From IMG/VR virus record IMGVR_UViG_2887127144_000001: a stretch of DNA of 64,000 nt; one strand, written 5' to 3'. The stretch's first letter is position 1. Every line of letters starts with the position of its first letter. The notes beneath the pieces are model-generated. The model was not told the DNA's origin and did no database searches. It was given only the letters and a program-made list of their open reading frames with translations. Shown piece by piece: positions 9,109 through 18,184 of this stretch. Source of the DNA: a virus. Taxonomy: Duplodnaviria; Caudoviricetes. The position numbers were made by a program, and so were the translations under genes.

Positions 9109-10136
9109 CGATCACCATCCTCACCGGCTGCTGCCTCTCCCTGCTTGCGACGCTTCCCGACCAGTCGGTTCATACCTGCGTGACAAGTCCGCCGTATTGG
9201 GGACTGCGGGACTACGGCATCACCGGTCAGTTTGGTCTTGAGCAGACGCCTGCTGAGTTCATCCAGCACATGGTCCGCGTGTTCCGCGACGTGCGGCGGG
9301 TGCTGCGGGATAACGGCACTCTCTGGCTGAATATCGGGGACAGCTATGCCGGACACTCTGGAGGCAATCAAGGAAAGAATGGTTGGCGGTCTGACCGCAC
9401 TTTCACAGCCCGCGTGGCGGATAAGTTTGGGTCAGGCTTAAAGCCCAAGGACCTCGTCGGTATCCCGTGGCGCCTCGCGTTCGCCCTCCAGGACGACGGC
9501 TGGTTCCTTCGCAGCGACATCATCTGGTCGAAGCCGAACCCGATGCCCGAGAGCGTGACTGATCGGCCGACGAAGTCGCACGAGTACCTTTTCCTCCTGA
9601 CCAAGAGCGAGCGGTATTACTATGACCGCGAGGCCATCGCCGAGCCGTGCCGCTGGAATCCTGGCGACACCAAGATGCCGGATGGATGGGATACCGGTCC
9701 AGGGGCCCATGGTCGTTATCACCGAGCCGGCCGCGAGCAAGGTGTTCGAATCAAGCGAAGCGGCAATAAAGAGCGGAAGTCCGGTTCTGCGCGTGGCTGC
9801 CCAGAAGGGACAGGGGCGAACGTGTGCGGGTCAGTACCGTGGGAAGGAACGACCCGGAACAAGCGGTCCGTTTGGACGGTAGCGACCAAGCCCTTCTCCG
9901 ACGCCCACTTTGCCACCTACCCTCCTGAGCTGATCGAACCATGCGTCCTCGCAGGCAGCCCCATCGGAGGCACCGTTCTCGACCCATTCTTCGGTGCAGG
10001 AACGACTGGCTTGGTCGCTGACCGCCACGGGCGGCACTGCATCGGAATAGAACTCAACCCGGACTACGTGCAGATCGCCGAGCGGCGGCTTCGAAAGGAC
10101 GCGGGAATGTTCGCCGACATCGTCGTCGCGGCGTGA
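9105..10136 (+). CDS. DNA amino-methyltransferase (N4-C/N6-A, beta class)
   Basis: TSPPYW catalytic motif precedes the SAM-binding motif LDPFFGAGTT; HFATYP; ATGA overlap with the C5 MTase. Confidence 0.92.
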   Translation: MTITILTGCCLSLLATLPDQSVHTCVTSPPYWGLRDYGITGQFGLEQTPAEFIQHMVRVFRDVRRVLRDNGTLWLNIGDSYAGHSGGNQGKNGWRSDRTFTARVADKFGSGLKPKDLVGIPWRLAFALQDDGWFLRSDIIWSKPNPMPESVTDRPTKSHEYLFLLTKSERYYYDREAIAEPCRWNPGDTKMPDGWDTGPGAHGRYHRAGREQGVRIKRSGNKERKSGSARGCPEGTGANVCGSVPWEGTTRNKRSVWTVATKPFSDAHFATYPPELIEPCVLAGSPIGGTVLDPFFGAGTTGLVADRHGRHCIGIELNPDYVQIAERRLRKDAGMFADIVVAA

Positions 10137-10158
10137 TCATCGACAACCCATTGCGTGC

Positions 10159-10890
10159 TTATAATTCAAGCCGACCTGATGCGGTTTTAAGCATTTCGAC
10201 GACAGTCGTCGACAGCGTTTCAACAGTGTGGCCAGCAGGCATTGCCATTTCGCCCTCACCCAAAAGATGGTCAGCGAGGATTAGCATCAAGCCCCGCCAG
10301 TTGGTATTTGTATCGCTATGAAGGTCCATGAGTGACAGAAGGTGTCCAGGGGTGGCAGCCGGGATGAACATTTCCTTCGATACAGCCACCTGCCCATTCG
10401 ATGCACCTTGGCCAATAGCTGCCAGCAGATTGGTCGATGCAGTCCGCACAGTGTGGTGTCGGTCGATAATACTCTGAGCGATGCCAGCTATTATGTAAAT
10501 GTCTGTGAAGTTGTACTGGACCGAGACATTCTGACCGTTGACCGTGAGCTGCATCAGGACGACCGCCCCCTCCACTCCTGGCGAAGCAGCGGGCTCATAC
10601 CCAAAGCGCTCCCAGTTCCTAGGAACCGGCCTCAGCACGTATTTCTTAATGTCATCCCAGCGTTTCTTCTTAGAGGTGTTCAGTAAAGTTTTGAGCTGCA
10701 GGCGAACGACTCGGTCTGCGTCATCTAGGATCGCATCAAAACCATCATGATCGACGTCCGAATAATACGACCGCAGGTGATAGCCTCTCTCGGCAGCCGC
10801 CACTTTGGTGTCGTACAAGAGTCGGCAGTTGAAAATCTCCTCTCGCGCGTGACTGTTCCCAGACTCCTGGAGGTATTCGACCAGAGGCAT
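10159..10890 (-). CDS. Putative PD-(D/E)xK nuclease-fold protein
   Basis: DVDHDGFDAIL...RLQLKT matches the D-x-G-x-D...QxK pattern of restriction-endonuclease-like folds; lower GC; convergent on the MTases. Confidence 0.55.
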   Translation of the reverse strand: MPLVEYLQESGNSHAREEIFNCRLLYDTKVAAAERGYHLRSYYSDVDHDGFDAILDDADRVVRLQLKTLLNTSKKKRWDDIKKYVLRPVPRNWERFGYEPAASPGVEGAVVLMQLTVNGQNVSVQYNFTDIYIIAGIAQSIIDRHHTVRTASTNLLAAIGQGASNGQVAVSKEMFIPAATPGHLLSLMDLHSDTNTNWRGLMLILADHLLGEGEMAMPAGHTVETLSTTVVEMLKTASGRLEL

Positions 10891-11175
10891 CCGACTGCTC
10901 CAATCAGGGAAGGTTAGGGATCGCCCTGGAGTCCTTCCATTCTACTTGATCCTTCGGCCGGATAAAGCGGGTGCTTGGGCTCGCCCTTGTCCTCTACTTT
11001 CCGGTCCCACCCCGCTCATGTGGCCTTTGGACGGGGAAGCTGAAGCCGCAGTCGGCCGGGTCAATCCTGCAGCGGGACCCTGCCCCCTTCGGTTGACCCG
11101 GCCGCCTCTGGCGGCTTCGGGGCGCTCCCGTAAGGCCCGATAGGCGGGCCGGAAACCGAAGAGAAGGAGAACACC

Positions 11176-11442
11176 ATGTCCACCCCCGCCCACAAACTCC
11201 GCGATGGCTGCCTGCAGGCCGTGATCTGGCGAAACCACGGCGAACGTGGCACCTACTACACGGTCAACGTGGCTCGCAGCTACCGCCAGGGCGACGAAAC
11301 CTGGAAGGAGACCGACTCGCTCAACGCCGACGACCTGCTGGCCATGGCCGAGCTGCTCCGCGAGGCTTATGCCTGGATCAAGACGCAAAAGCGGGCCGAC
11401 GCCAAAGGGCTGCGGGAACGCGATGGCGTGACTGCGAAGTAG
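11176..11442 (+). CDS. Conserved-looking small protein, possibly ssDNA-binding
   Basis: AAGGAG RBS; beta-rich pattern AVIWRN...YTVNVARSYRQGDETWKETDSL followed by a helix. Confidence 0.7.
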   Translation: MSTPAHKLRDGCLQAVIWRNHGERGTYYTVNVARSYRQGDETWKETDSLNADDLLAMAELLREAYAWIKTQKRADAKGLRERDGVTAK

Positions 11443-11449
11443 CGGAACC

Positions 11450-11474
11450 GGGGCGGCTTCGTGCCGCCCCTTTA
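11450..11474 (+). terminator. Intrinsic terminator-like hairpin
   Basis: ggggcggc-ttcgt-gccgcccc followed by ttt; a related hairpin lies at ~11694-11723. Confidence 0.55.
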
Positions 11475-11488
11475 TCATGGAGGATGCT

Positions 11489-11686
11489 ATGTCACCGAAA
11501 TTCAGCCTGGAAGAGTGCCTGAAACGCTATTTGTACGACCTCAATGCACGCCTGTACCTGGAATCCACTTCGCCGCCGGTGCCGGAAAGCCACAAGGAAT
11601 GGCTGGCCGAAATTGTGACTCAACAGGAGGATATCCGTTGCGTCCAATACTGGCTGGCGCGGGTGCAGTCTGGGGAAGTGATCTGA
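11489..11686 (+). CDS. Small hypothetical protein
   Basis: GGAGG RBS; bracketed by two similar hairpins. Confidence 0.55.
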   Translation: MSPKFSLEECLKRYLYDLNARLYLESTSPPVPESHKEWLAEIVTQQEDIRCVQYWLARVQSGEVI

Positions 11687-11726
11687 GCGGAGCGGGGGCG
11701 GCTCCTTCGGGGGCCGCCCCTTTCGT

Positions 11727-11755
11727 TTGACATCTCCGCAGGGCCGCGCTACTGT
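11727..11755 (+). promoter_or_regulatory. Sigma70-like promoter
   Basis: TTGACA-17 nt-TACTGT upstream of ORF 11865. Confidence 0.55.
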
Positions 11756-11864
11756 CCCCTCGCTGCGGCGGCGTTCGCGCGACGACCACGGTCCCGGGAG
11801 GCCGCCCCCTGAGGCCGGTGGTTAATCAGCCCGGCCCGCAGCACCTCGATCAGCAAGGAGGCCT

Positions 11865-12383
11865 ATGCCGAGAAAGTCCAGAGCCAAGAAAGCCCAGCCA
11901 GAATCCCCCGCCACCGAGCCCACGCCTATCGCCGCCGTTCTCGAAGAATCTCCTGCCATGGAGGCCATCCGGGCGAGCCGCGAGGCCAAGGAGCGGATCG
12001 AGCAGGAATACCCCTTGCCCGATCCCGCCCTCCAGCTCCCCGCGCCGGAGCCCAAGCAGGCCGAGCCGCAGGCCCCCGCCAAGCCCCGCTGGACCGACCG
12101 CTTCAAGTCCATGCGGAGCTACCCGCAGGAGGGCGTGCGGATGGTCGAGTCCCTCGACCACAGCCGCGTCGGGATAGCCTTCGACAACGACAAGCCGCCG
12201 ACTTCGGATGAGAAGCTCGCCATGCAGTTCCCCGACGAAAGTCGCAGGGATCACGGCTTCGCCTATGACAAGAAGCCGAAGGTCTGGGAGCAAGCGGCAT
12301 CCCCCGAAAGCCGTGACGCCGCGATCAAGCTGGCGGACACGATCGCCCAGCGTCGCCGGGAAGAGTCCGAGCGTGAGCGCTAA
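11865..12383 (+). CDS. Hypothetical protein with charged C-terminal tail (REESERER)
   Basis: AGGAGG RBS, 172 aa. Confidence 0.7.
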   Translation: MPRKSRAKKAQPESPATEPTPIAAVLEESPAMEAIRASREAKERIEQEYPLPDPALQLPAPEPKQAEPQAPAKPRWTDRFKSMRSYPQEGVRMVESLDHSRVGIAFDNDKPPTSDEKLAMQFPDESRRDHGFAYDKKPKVWEQAASPESRDAAIKLADTIAQRRREESERER

Positions 12384-12657
12384 GCCCGCCACCGGGCGAG
12401 ACTTCCAGCCCTGCCCGGAGAAGCCCATCGTCTTCGGGCCAGGGGGCGTCCCTGAAGCCCGAGAACGGCTGCTCTTCGAGAAGGTCACCGAGCTCGCCTT
12501 CTCCCAGAACGAGACCTGCCGCGTCAGCCGCGAGCGGGACTCCCTGGCCAAGGCCCTCGAGCAGATCGCAGCCGGGCATGTGCAGGAACCGCGGCAATTC
12601 GCCAGCGAGATCCTCGCCAGACTGGCGAGCGGTAGCCTCCGGAAGGTGGGCGCATGA
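12373..12657 (+). CDS. Hypothetical protein
   Basis: GTG start overlaps the upstream stop; coupled to the next gene. Confidence 0.55.
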   Translation: MSAKPATGRDFQPCPEKPIVFGPGGVPEARERLLFEKVTELAFSQNETCRVSRERDSLAKALEQIAAGHVQEPRQFASEILARLASGSLRKVGA

Positions 12658-12893
12658 CCTGGCAGAACCGCATCAAGGGCATCCAGGTCGGCGACACCGT
12701 CCGCTACTCACGAACCTGGCTCCAGTCCACCGGCACAATCACCGGCGACCTGCCTCGGGCCAAGGGCATCGTCACGGCCATCAAGGACCTCGGCAGCACG
12801 AAGATCGCCACCATCGAATGGGACAAGCCGGACATCCCGGAGCGGGTGAACGTCGCCAATCTCTCGAAGGTGAAGCAGCGCGAGGTTGAGTGA
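12654..12893 (+). CDS. Small hypothetical protein (SH3/KOW-like beta pattern)
   Basis: IQVGDTVRY...GIVTAI...ATIEWD pattern; ATGA overlap. Confidence 0.6.
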   Translation: MTWQNRIKGIQVGDTVRYSRTWLQSTGTITGDLPRAKGIVTAIKDLGSTKIATIEWDKPDIPERVNVANLSKVKQREVE

Positions 12894-13162
12894 CCCGAGG
12901 CTCCGCAGGCGGGCGGGAGACGCTCAGGAGGCACGGGGTCGAGCACTTCCGCGAGATCGGACGCAAAGGCTTCCAGAGCTTTACAGACCGCTACTTCCAA
13001 GGTGACCGGCAGCAGGCCGGTGACTGGCTCAGGACGCGGGCCCATTAGCGGCGGATCGAGTCGTTCGTGGAGCGGGAGCTTGCCCGCAGGCTCGAAAACG
13101 GTGAGCGGACGGTCTGCGAGGAATTGCCCGTGCTCAGTGAGCCGGGCGAGGTTCCTTTTTAA

Positions 13163-14233
13163 TCATGTAATTTCATCGTGATCCCCGGATTGCCCGCGAA
13201 CGACGTGGACATTCTCGCAACCCGCCTTTTCCAACAGTTGCTCCACCTTGCCCTCGTATCCCGGCGCGGACTCGGGACTGACCACAACTTCAAGAATCGC
13301 GCCGGCCAGCTTCATCGGAAGGTTGAATCCGGGAACTTTCTTGCTCCTGACATCCTTGGAGACCCGCTTGATCTCCTCCGCCTTCGGAACACTAGCCTCC
13401 ATAATTGCTTCGACGCGTTCTCGGTGGAACTCAGGTCCCTCATTCGTGAAAGGGCCCCAAGCTTTCCTGAAGTAAGCGATCGCTTCCTCCTCGGAACTGA
13501 AAGCCAACCGCTCGTTCATATTGATGGTCACTGTTTTTGAGACGGTGAAGTTGATCTTTGCCAGCGCTGGGGACCTGGCGGAGAACCTGACTTCCCTTTG
13601 GTGCTTATACTTGCTTCGAACGAGCGAGAGGATGCCTTTGGCTCCGTCGTTCAGCGTGAAGTAAACGCCATGGCTCACATAGCCGACCTGGCAGACATCC
13701 GGGCGAGATGCTTCAGGTAGGTTTTGCGCACCAAGCAGGGCCTCCTTGACCAGGCCGACCGTGGACCGTACAGCTACGCCATCCTTACCTTGCTTCTTTG
13801 AATGGCGTCCCGAGAATCGCCACATCTTCGGATCCACGTTCTCGTTCATTTGCCAGCACGAGGCTCCGTAGAGGTCAGCGGTAGCCTCTATGGCGTCGTA
13901 AAGGTGCGCATTGCTGACCGAGAGGTAGAGTTCACGGAGAGCAGCCGCTTCCTTCTTCTTCAGACCCTTCTTCTTGATCACCTTCTCGATGTACTTCTCT
14001 CTCTGCCTACTCCGGGCGGGGAGCTTGCCCTCGAAGCGGTCCTTGAATGACCATGGGTATCCGAACCAGAGTTGACCAGGAGGCTGGGGCTTTTCACTGC
14101 TCGGAGCGCTAATACCCCAGTCGGCATGGGCTGTGAACGGATCAAGCAACGTGGCAAACTTCGCGGCGTTCATGTAACGCCAAATCACGGTTTCCGGCTC
14201 GGGGGACTTGGGATCCGTACTCGCCACGGTCAT
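13163..14233 (-). CDS. DUF2971-like protein (divergent)
   Basis: IWRYMNAAKF, LWF...FKDRFEG, SCW...MW, GVAVRST, VGY and YKHQREVRF follow the DUF2971 motif order. Confidence 0.6.
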   Translation of the reverse strand: MTVASTDPKSPEPETVIWRYMNAAKFATLLDPFTAHADWGISAPSSEKPQPPGQLWFGYPWSFKDRFEGKLPARSRQREKYIEKVIKKKGLKKKEAAALRELYLSVSNAHLYDAIEATADLYGASCWQMNENVDPKMWRFSGRHSKKQGKDGVAVRSTVGLVKEALLGAQNLPEASRPDVCQVGYVSHGVYFTLNDGAKGILSLVRSKYKHQREVRFSARSPALAKINFTVSKTVTINMNERLAFSSEEEAIAYFRKAWGPFTNEGPEFHRERVEAIMEASVPKAEEIKRVSKDVRSKKVPGFNLPMKLAGAILEVVVSPESAPGYEGKVEQLLEKAGCENVHVVRGQSGDHDEIT

Positions 14234-14877
14234 CGGCTCTCTCCGCCTTGGGTGCCGTGCCTGTCTTTGTTCATGCGGTAGAGCGCGATGAAGGGGAAGC
14301 CTGCGGGCACAGACTGTCCCGCTACTTCGAAGGTGGCGCCACGGGCGTCGAGGACGGTCCGCTCGATCACGTCACCCAACCCTTCGATCGCGATCCCGAC
14401 GTCCCTGGTCGGTGAGAAGGAAGCCCCAGAACCCAACCCTACCCCGCCTCGCTTCTTGATCAGAGGGTCACGAGTGGCCGCGGGCAAGCGGTTCAGAATC
14501 TGGTGGGCAGTGAGCCAGGCGTGGCTCCCATTCGTGTCCACTGCATCCTGGACAACTTGGAGCACCTCTTGCTGAAGTGGCGTCATCGCTGATGGCTCCT
14601 TGAGCGCGTAGAACTCCAGCATCGTCGAGCCAGCCGCCTCGACGATCCGCTCGATCGTAACTAGGCCCGGATTCGCGGTTTCTCCTCGAACGATCTTCCA
14701 CACGGCCTGCCGGTCGAGCCCGGCGGCTTTGGCGAGGTCTACGACATTGAGGCCCTTCAGCGCCAGCAGCGAACGGATACGCTGGGCGGGGGTCAGCCTT
14801 ATTTCCTCGATGGGGTTGCTTCTCCAGCGGGACGCGAGTCGGCTTCGACCTGAATGGTACGGACCGTCCTGATCCAC
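14230..14877 (-). CDS. XRE/Cro-type HTH protein with an extra C-terminal domain (start uncertain)
   Basis: RIRSLLALKGLNVVDLAKAAGLDRQAVWKIVRGETANPGLVTIERIVEAAG; internal AAGGAG-ATG at 14586. Confidence 0.65.
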   Translation of the reverse strand: MDQDGPYHSGRSRLASRWRSNPIEEIRLTPAQRIRSLLALKGLNVVDLAKAAGLDRQAVWKIVRGETANPGLVTIERIVEAAGSTMLEFYALKEPSAMTPLQQEVLQVVQDAVDTNGSHAWLTAHQILNRLPAATRDPLIKKRGGVGLGSGASFSPTRDVGIAIEGLGDVIERTVLDARGATFEVAGQSVPAGFPFIALYRMNKDRHGTQGGESR

Positions 14878-15185
14878 GTCAACAATAGTCCCTCTGGATT
14901 TTCTTCGCGTCTCCCCTCCGGGGCCGGGCCATCCCGGGGTGCGCTTCGCTCCCGTCGCTACGCGACCTGGCGCCCTCCCTGTCCCTGACGTGGGAAGAAG
15001 GGGCCTAACGCCCCTCGCTGCGTCAAGGACCTCGCAAGTCGCCTTCGCATCTTCCGCGCGCTGCACGCTTGTGCAGACGCTCGGCGATCCTTGACTGCGC
15101 ACACCCCCGCTGAGGGCTTTTCCTTCGTTCCGGTTGAATGCGCGCGGCATTCAACCAGACCTTTTCAACGAAGGAGACCACTACC

Positions 15186-15995
15186 ATGACCACCACCCTC
15201 GCGACCCTCTCCAACGAGCAGCTCCGCCGCTCCGCCCCTTCCATCTTCGCCTCCACCCCTTGGCATCGCATGAGCGACCGCTACCGCTTCGTGCCGACGA
15301 TCGAGGTCGTGGACATGCTGCGCGACCGGGGGTTCATGCCCGTCCGCGCCCAGCAGAGCCGATCCCGCATCGAGGGCAAGGGCGACTTCACCAAGCACCT
15401 GATCCGCTTCCGCCACGATAGCCTGCTCGACTCGCCCCGCGTAGGCGAGGAGATCCCGGAGCTCGTGCTGGTCAACAGCCACGACGGAACCTCGTCGTAT
15501 CAACTCATGGCGGGGATTTTCCGCCTGGTCTGCTCGAACGGCCTGGTCGTCCAGTCGGCCGACTTCGGCAGCATCCGGGTTCACCACTCCGGCGGCTCCG
15601 ATTTCCACCAGCGGGTGATCGACGCCACCTACCAGATCGTGGAGGAGGCACCCCGCACGATGGCCGCCATCGAGGAATGGAAGGGGATCACCCTGACCCG
15701 CCCGCAGCAGCTGGCCCTCGCGGACGCCGCCATGGAGATCAAGCCGAACGCCAGCATCCGCCCCGCTCACCTGCTGACTGCCCGGCGGAGCGAGGACTAC
15801 ACCGACCAGGATGGCCGCCGAGACCTCTGGCGCACGACGAACGTCTTGCAGGAGAATCTCCTCCGGGGTGGCCTGGCCGGGCACAACGCGAACGGACGCC
15901 GGGTCCGCACCCGCCCCATCAAGAGCGTGTCGGAGGACGTGCGTGTGAACCGTGCCCTCTGGAGGCTGGCCGAGAGGATGGCCGAGCTGGTTTGA
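15186..15995 (+). CDS. DUF932 (YubP/YafZ-like) protein of plasmid/ICE leading regions
   Basis: APSIFA...SDRYRFVPT, FTKHLIRFR, LVNSHDGTSSYQLMAGIFRLVCSNGLVV, DLWRTTNVLQEN, NRALW. Confidence 0.9.
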   Translation: MTTTLATLSNEQLRRSAPSIFASTPWHRMSDRYRFVPTIEVVDMLRDRGFMPVRAQQSRSRIEGKGDFTKHLIRFRHDSLLDSPRVGEEIPELVLVNSHDGTSSYQLMAGIFRLVCSNGLVVQSADFGSIRVHHSGGSDFHQRVIDATYQIVEEAPRTMAAIEEWKGITLTRPQQLALADAAMEIKPNASIRPAHLLTARRSEDYTDQDGRRDLWRTTNVLQENLLRGGLAGHNANGRRVRTRPIKSVSEDVRVNRALWRLAERMAELV

Positions 15996-16050
15996 GACTG
16001 GCGAGGGGGTGGCAGGGATGCCGCCCCCTTCCTTCCTCGGAGTTACGACC

Positions 16051-16323
16051 ATGATCTGGCGCTTCGTCGGCCCCAACCGCGAGGGGGAGCTTGAAGACCA
16101 CGAAATCACCGCATCGAGCCTTCCCGAAGCGATCGAGGCGCTCAAGGCAACGCACTGGAAGCCTGGCCTGTGCTGCTCGTATGCGGTCTGGCACGACTAC
16201 GCACTCGTGGCCCACGTCTATGAGGGCCTGATGCTGGACACCGGGAAATATGACCTGTACTGGGTGCGGGTTCCGCCGTCGATCCTCCCCGCAACCTGGC
16301 CGCGGAACCCGAGCGATAACTGA
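16051..16323 (+). CDS. Hypothetical protein, paralog of 16349-16594
   Basis: GGAG RBS; RF-x-x-PN-x-x-G...AVW...V-x-EG is shared with the next ORF. Confidence 0.6.
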   Translation: MIWRFVGPNREGELEDHEITASSLPEAIEALKATHWKPGLCCSYAVWHDYALVAHVYEGLMLDTGKYDLYWVRVPPSILPATWPRNPSDN

Positions 16324-16348
16324 GGCCTCCCTTCACCGGAGCATTCCC

Positions 16349-16594
16349 ATGCCCTTCCGCTTCATCCGCCCGAACTCTGACGGCACTCTGACCGACGTCA
16401 CGGTCGTGGCTTCGGACCTGGTGACCGCGTTCCATCAGTTCATGCATCATCATCCCAGCCTCAGGGGCTGGTTCGCCGTGTGGTGCGGCGTGCGACTCGC
16501 CGGGTATGTCCACGAGGGAGAAAATCACCTCGTTCTGACCGACCTCAAGTCAGAGCCGCCCAGCTACGCGAACCCGTTTGCTTGTGGGGATTGA
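16349..16594 (+). CDS. Hypothetical protein, paralog of 16051-16323
   Basis: GGAG RBS; shared motif as above. Confidence 0.6.
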   Translation: MPFRFIRPNSDGTLTDVTVVASDLVTAFHQFMHHHPSLRGWFAVWCGVRLAGYVHEGENHLVLTDLKSEPPSYANPFACGD

Positions 16595-16666
16595 ACAGGA
16601 GGAGGTGCGGGAGAGGAGGCCCGCCCCGCAGGCCGCGAGGCTCGCTTCGCTCGCCAGCGTGATCAA

Positions 16667-16720
16667 CACAACGTGTAAATAATCGCTTGACCGAAGGATC
16701 AGGCTGCGCTACACGTTGTG
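16667..16720 (+). promoter_or_regulatory. Promoter flanked by an 11-bp inverted repeat (operator)
   Basis: cacaacgtgta 16667-16677 and tacacgttgtg 16710-16720 flank TTGACC (16687-16692)-17 nt-TACACG. Confidence 0.55.
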
Positions 16721-16745
16721 ACGTAACCAGCAAGGAGGCTGCAAC

Positions 16746-17231
16746 GTGGATACCATCGAATATTACACCCAAGATAAAACCCAGTGGGGACGCGGCGATT
16801 GGGAAAGCGAACCCGACAAAAAGCAGTGGCTGGACCAGGCCACAGGCTACCCTTGCCTGATCGTTCGAGGACCTCTCGGCGCGCTCTGCGGCTACGTCGG
16901 CGTCTCGAAGGACCACCCACATTTCGGTAAGGACTACGAGGTTCCGAACGTCGAGGTTCACGGTGGCCTGACCTTCGCCGGAGCCTGCCAGCCAAATGCC
17001 GACGAAGCCCGCCACATCTGCCATAAAGTGGATGGCGAGGACCATGTCTGGTGGTTCGGCTTTGACTGTGCCCACTACCGGGACTATGTGCCGGGGATGA
17101 GGTCGATCCGCCGCGAGGCTGAAATGGTTGATCCCTTTGGGGGCTTCGAGAGATACAGGAACCTCGCCTATGTGACCGGAGAGGTCGAGTCGCTCGCCCA
17201 GCAACTCAAGTCGCTGGCGGTCGCCGCATGA
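16746..17231 (+). CDS. Phage-type hypothetical protein
   Basis: AGGAGG RBS; GALCGYVGV, VHGGLTF and WWFGFDCAH motifs familiar from phage early genes. Confidence 0.75.
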   Translation: MDTIEYYTQDKTQWGRGDWESEPDKKQWLDQATGYPCLIVRGPLGALCGYVGVSKDHPHFGKDYEVPNVEVHGGLTFAGACQPNADEARHICHKVDGEDHVWWFGFDCAHYRDYVPGMRSIRREAEMVDPFGGFERYRNLAYVTGEVESLAQQLKSLAVAA

Positions 17232-17416
17232 CCCCCGAGGAACTCAAGCCCATCGTCGCAGCGTGGGGCGGGCCGGAGAAGTTCGCCAAGCTGATCGACG
17301 TGAAGGAGCGAACCGTTAAGGCATGGCTATACGGGGAGCGCGGCATCAAGCCGCCCGTCGCCAAGCTGATACGGAGCCTGAAACTACCGAAACCAAGGAA
17401 GGAACTCAGTGAATGA
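17228..17416 (+). CDS. Small Cro-like HTH protein
   Basis: GGPEKFAKLIDVKERTVKAWLYGERGI. Confidence 0.7.
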   Translation: MTPEELKPIVAAWGGPEKFAKLIDVKERTVKAWLYGERGIKPPVAKLIRSLKLPKPRKELSE

Positions 17417-17778
17417 GCGACATAGTTATCAAAGGCGACGCCATCGAAGCCATCATGGCAGCAGCAGCGATCAAAGTGTTCAAGGACAAAATCGAAGGCT
17501 GGCAAACGCCGCTTGGACCGATCATTGAGGACGCCTTCAAGCTTCACTCCGAAGCCATTCGCAAGGCGGTTTACACGGCAACAGCAGAGTGCGTCAACTC
17601 GCCAGACTTTGCCAAGCAGCTTGTCCACCAGCTCAACCACAAGCTGGCGAACTTGGTGATCAATAAATGTAGCGGATTGGTAGAAAAGTCCTTCAACAAC
17701 TTGATGAGAGATGAGGTTCTGAGAACCCGGCTGCAAACCGCAGTGATCGAGATCATCGAAAAGGAATCGGGTGCATGA
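17413..17778 (+). CDS. Hypothetical protein
   Basis: ATGA-coupled 121-aa helical ORF, lower GC. Confidence 0.65.
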   Translation: MSDIVIKGDAIEAIMAAAAIKVFKDKIEGWQTPLGPIIEDAFKLHSEAIRKAVYTATAECVNSPDFAKQLVHQLNHKLANLVINKCSGLVEKSFNNLMRDEVLRTRLQTAVIEIIEKESGA

Positions 17779-18017
17779 ACACCGAGGCAACCCTCTGGCA
17801 GCCGATCGAGACCGCGCCCAAGACCGCCCTGAAGCGGATCGACCTGCTCGACGCCGGCAAGCGCCGCGTGCCCGACTGCTACTGGTCTCGGCATCACCAG
17901 AAATGGCGCTCGAAGCACTTCGACCAGTACGGGCAGCGGCTGAAGATCCGCCGCCCCACGCACTGGATGTTCGTGCCGAAGCCGCCGAAGGCCGAGACGG
18001 CAGCGGGGATCCTGTGA
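17775..18017 (+). CDS. Phage hypothetical protein (WQPIETAPK...PTHWM type)
   Basis: N-terminal WQPIETAPK and C-terminal PTHWM-x-x-P-x-PP motifs (DUF551-like). Confidence 0.7.
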   Translation: MNTEATLWQPIETAPKTALKRIDLLDAGKRRVPDCYWSRHHQKWRSKHFDQYGQRLKIRRPTHWMFVPKPPKAETAAGIL

Positions 18018-18181
18018 TCTGCCACGTCTGCGAAGGCTCCGGCTGCCACATGCTTATCCGCAACTGGAAGCCGGAATACTGGCCGTGCCCCTGCTGCCGG
18101 TACGCGGGCGTGACGGTGATGTACGGCCCGGCAACCATTGGACGAGCGAGGCTCGTAAGAACGCAACAGAAGGAGAGATAG
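18014..18181 (+). CDS. Small Cys-rich (zinc-finger-like) protein
   Basis: CHVCEGSG...CPCC; GTGA overlap. Confidence 0.45.
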   Translation: MICHVCEGSGCHMLIRNWKPEYWPCPCCRYAGVTVMYGPATIGRARLVRTQQKER

Positions 18182-18184
18182 ACC

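Noticed and set aside
7312-10890. Confident type II restriction-modification system
   Set aside because: The MTases resemble orphan phage enzymes and the nuclease call rests on one short motif; kept only as a hypothesis.
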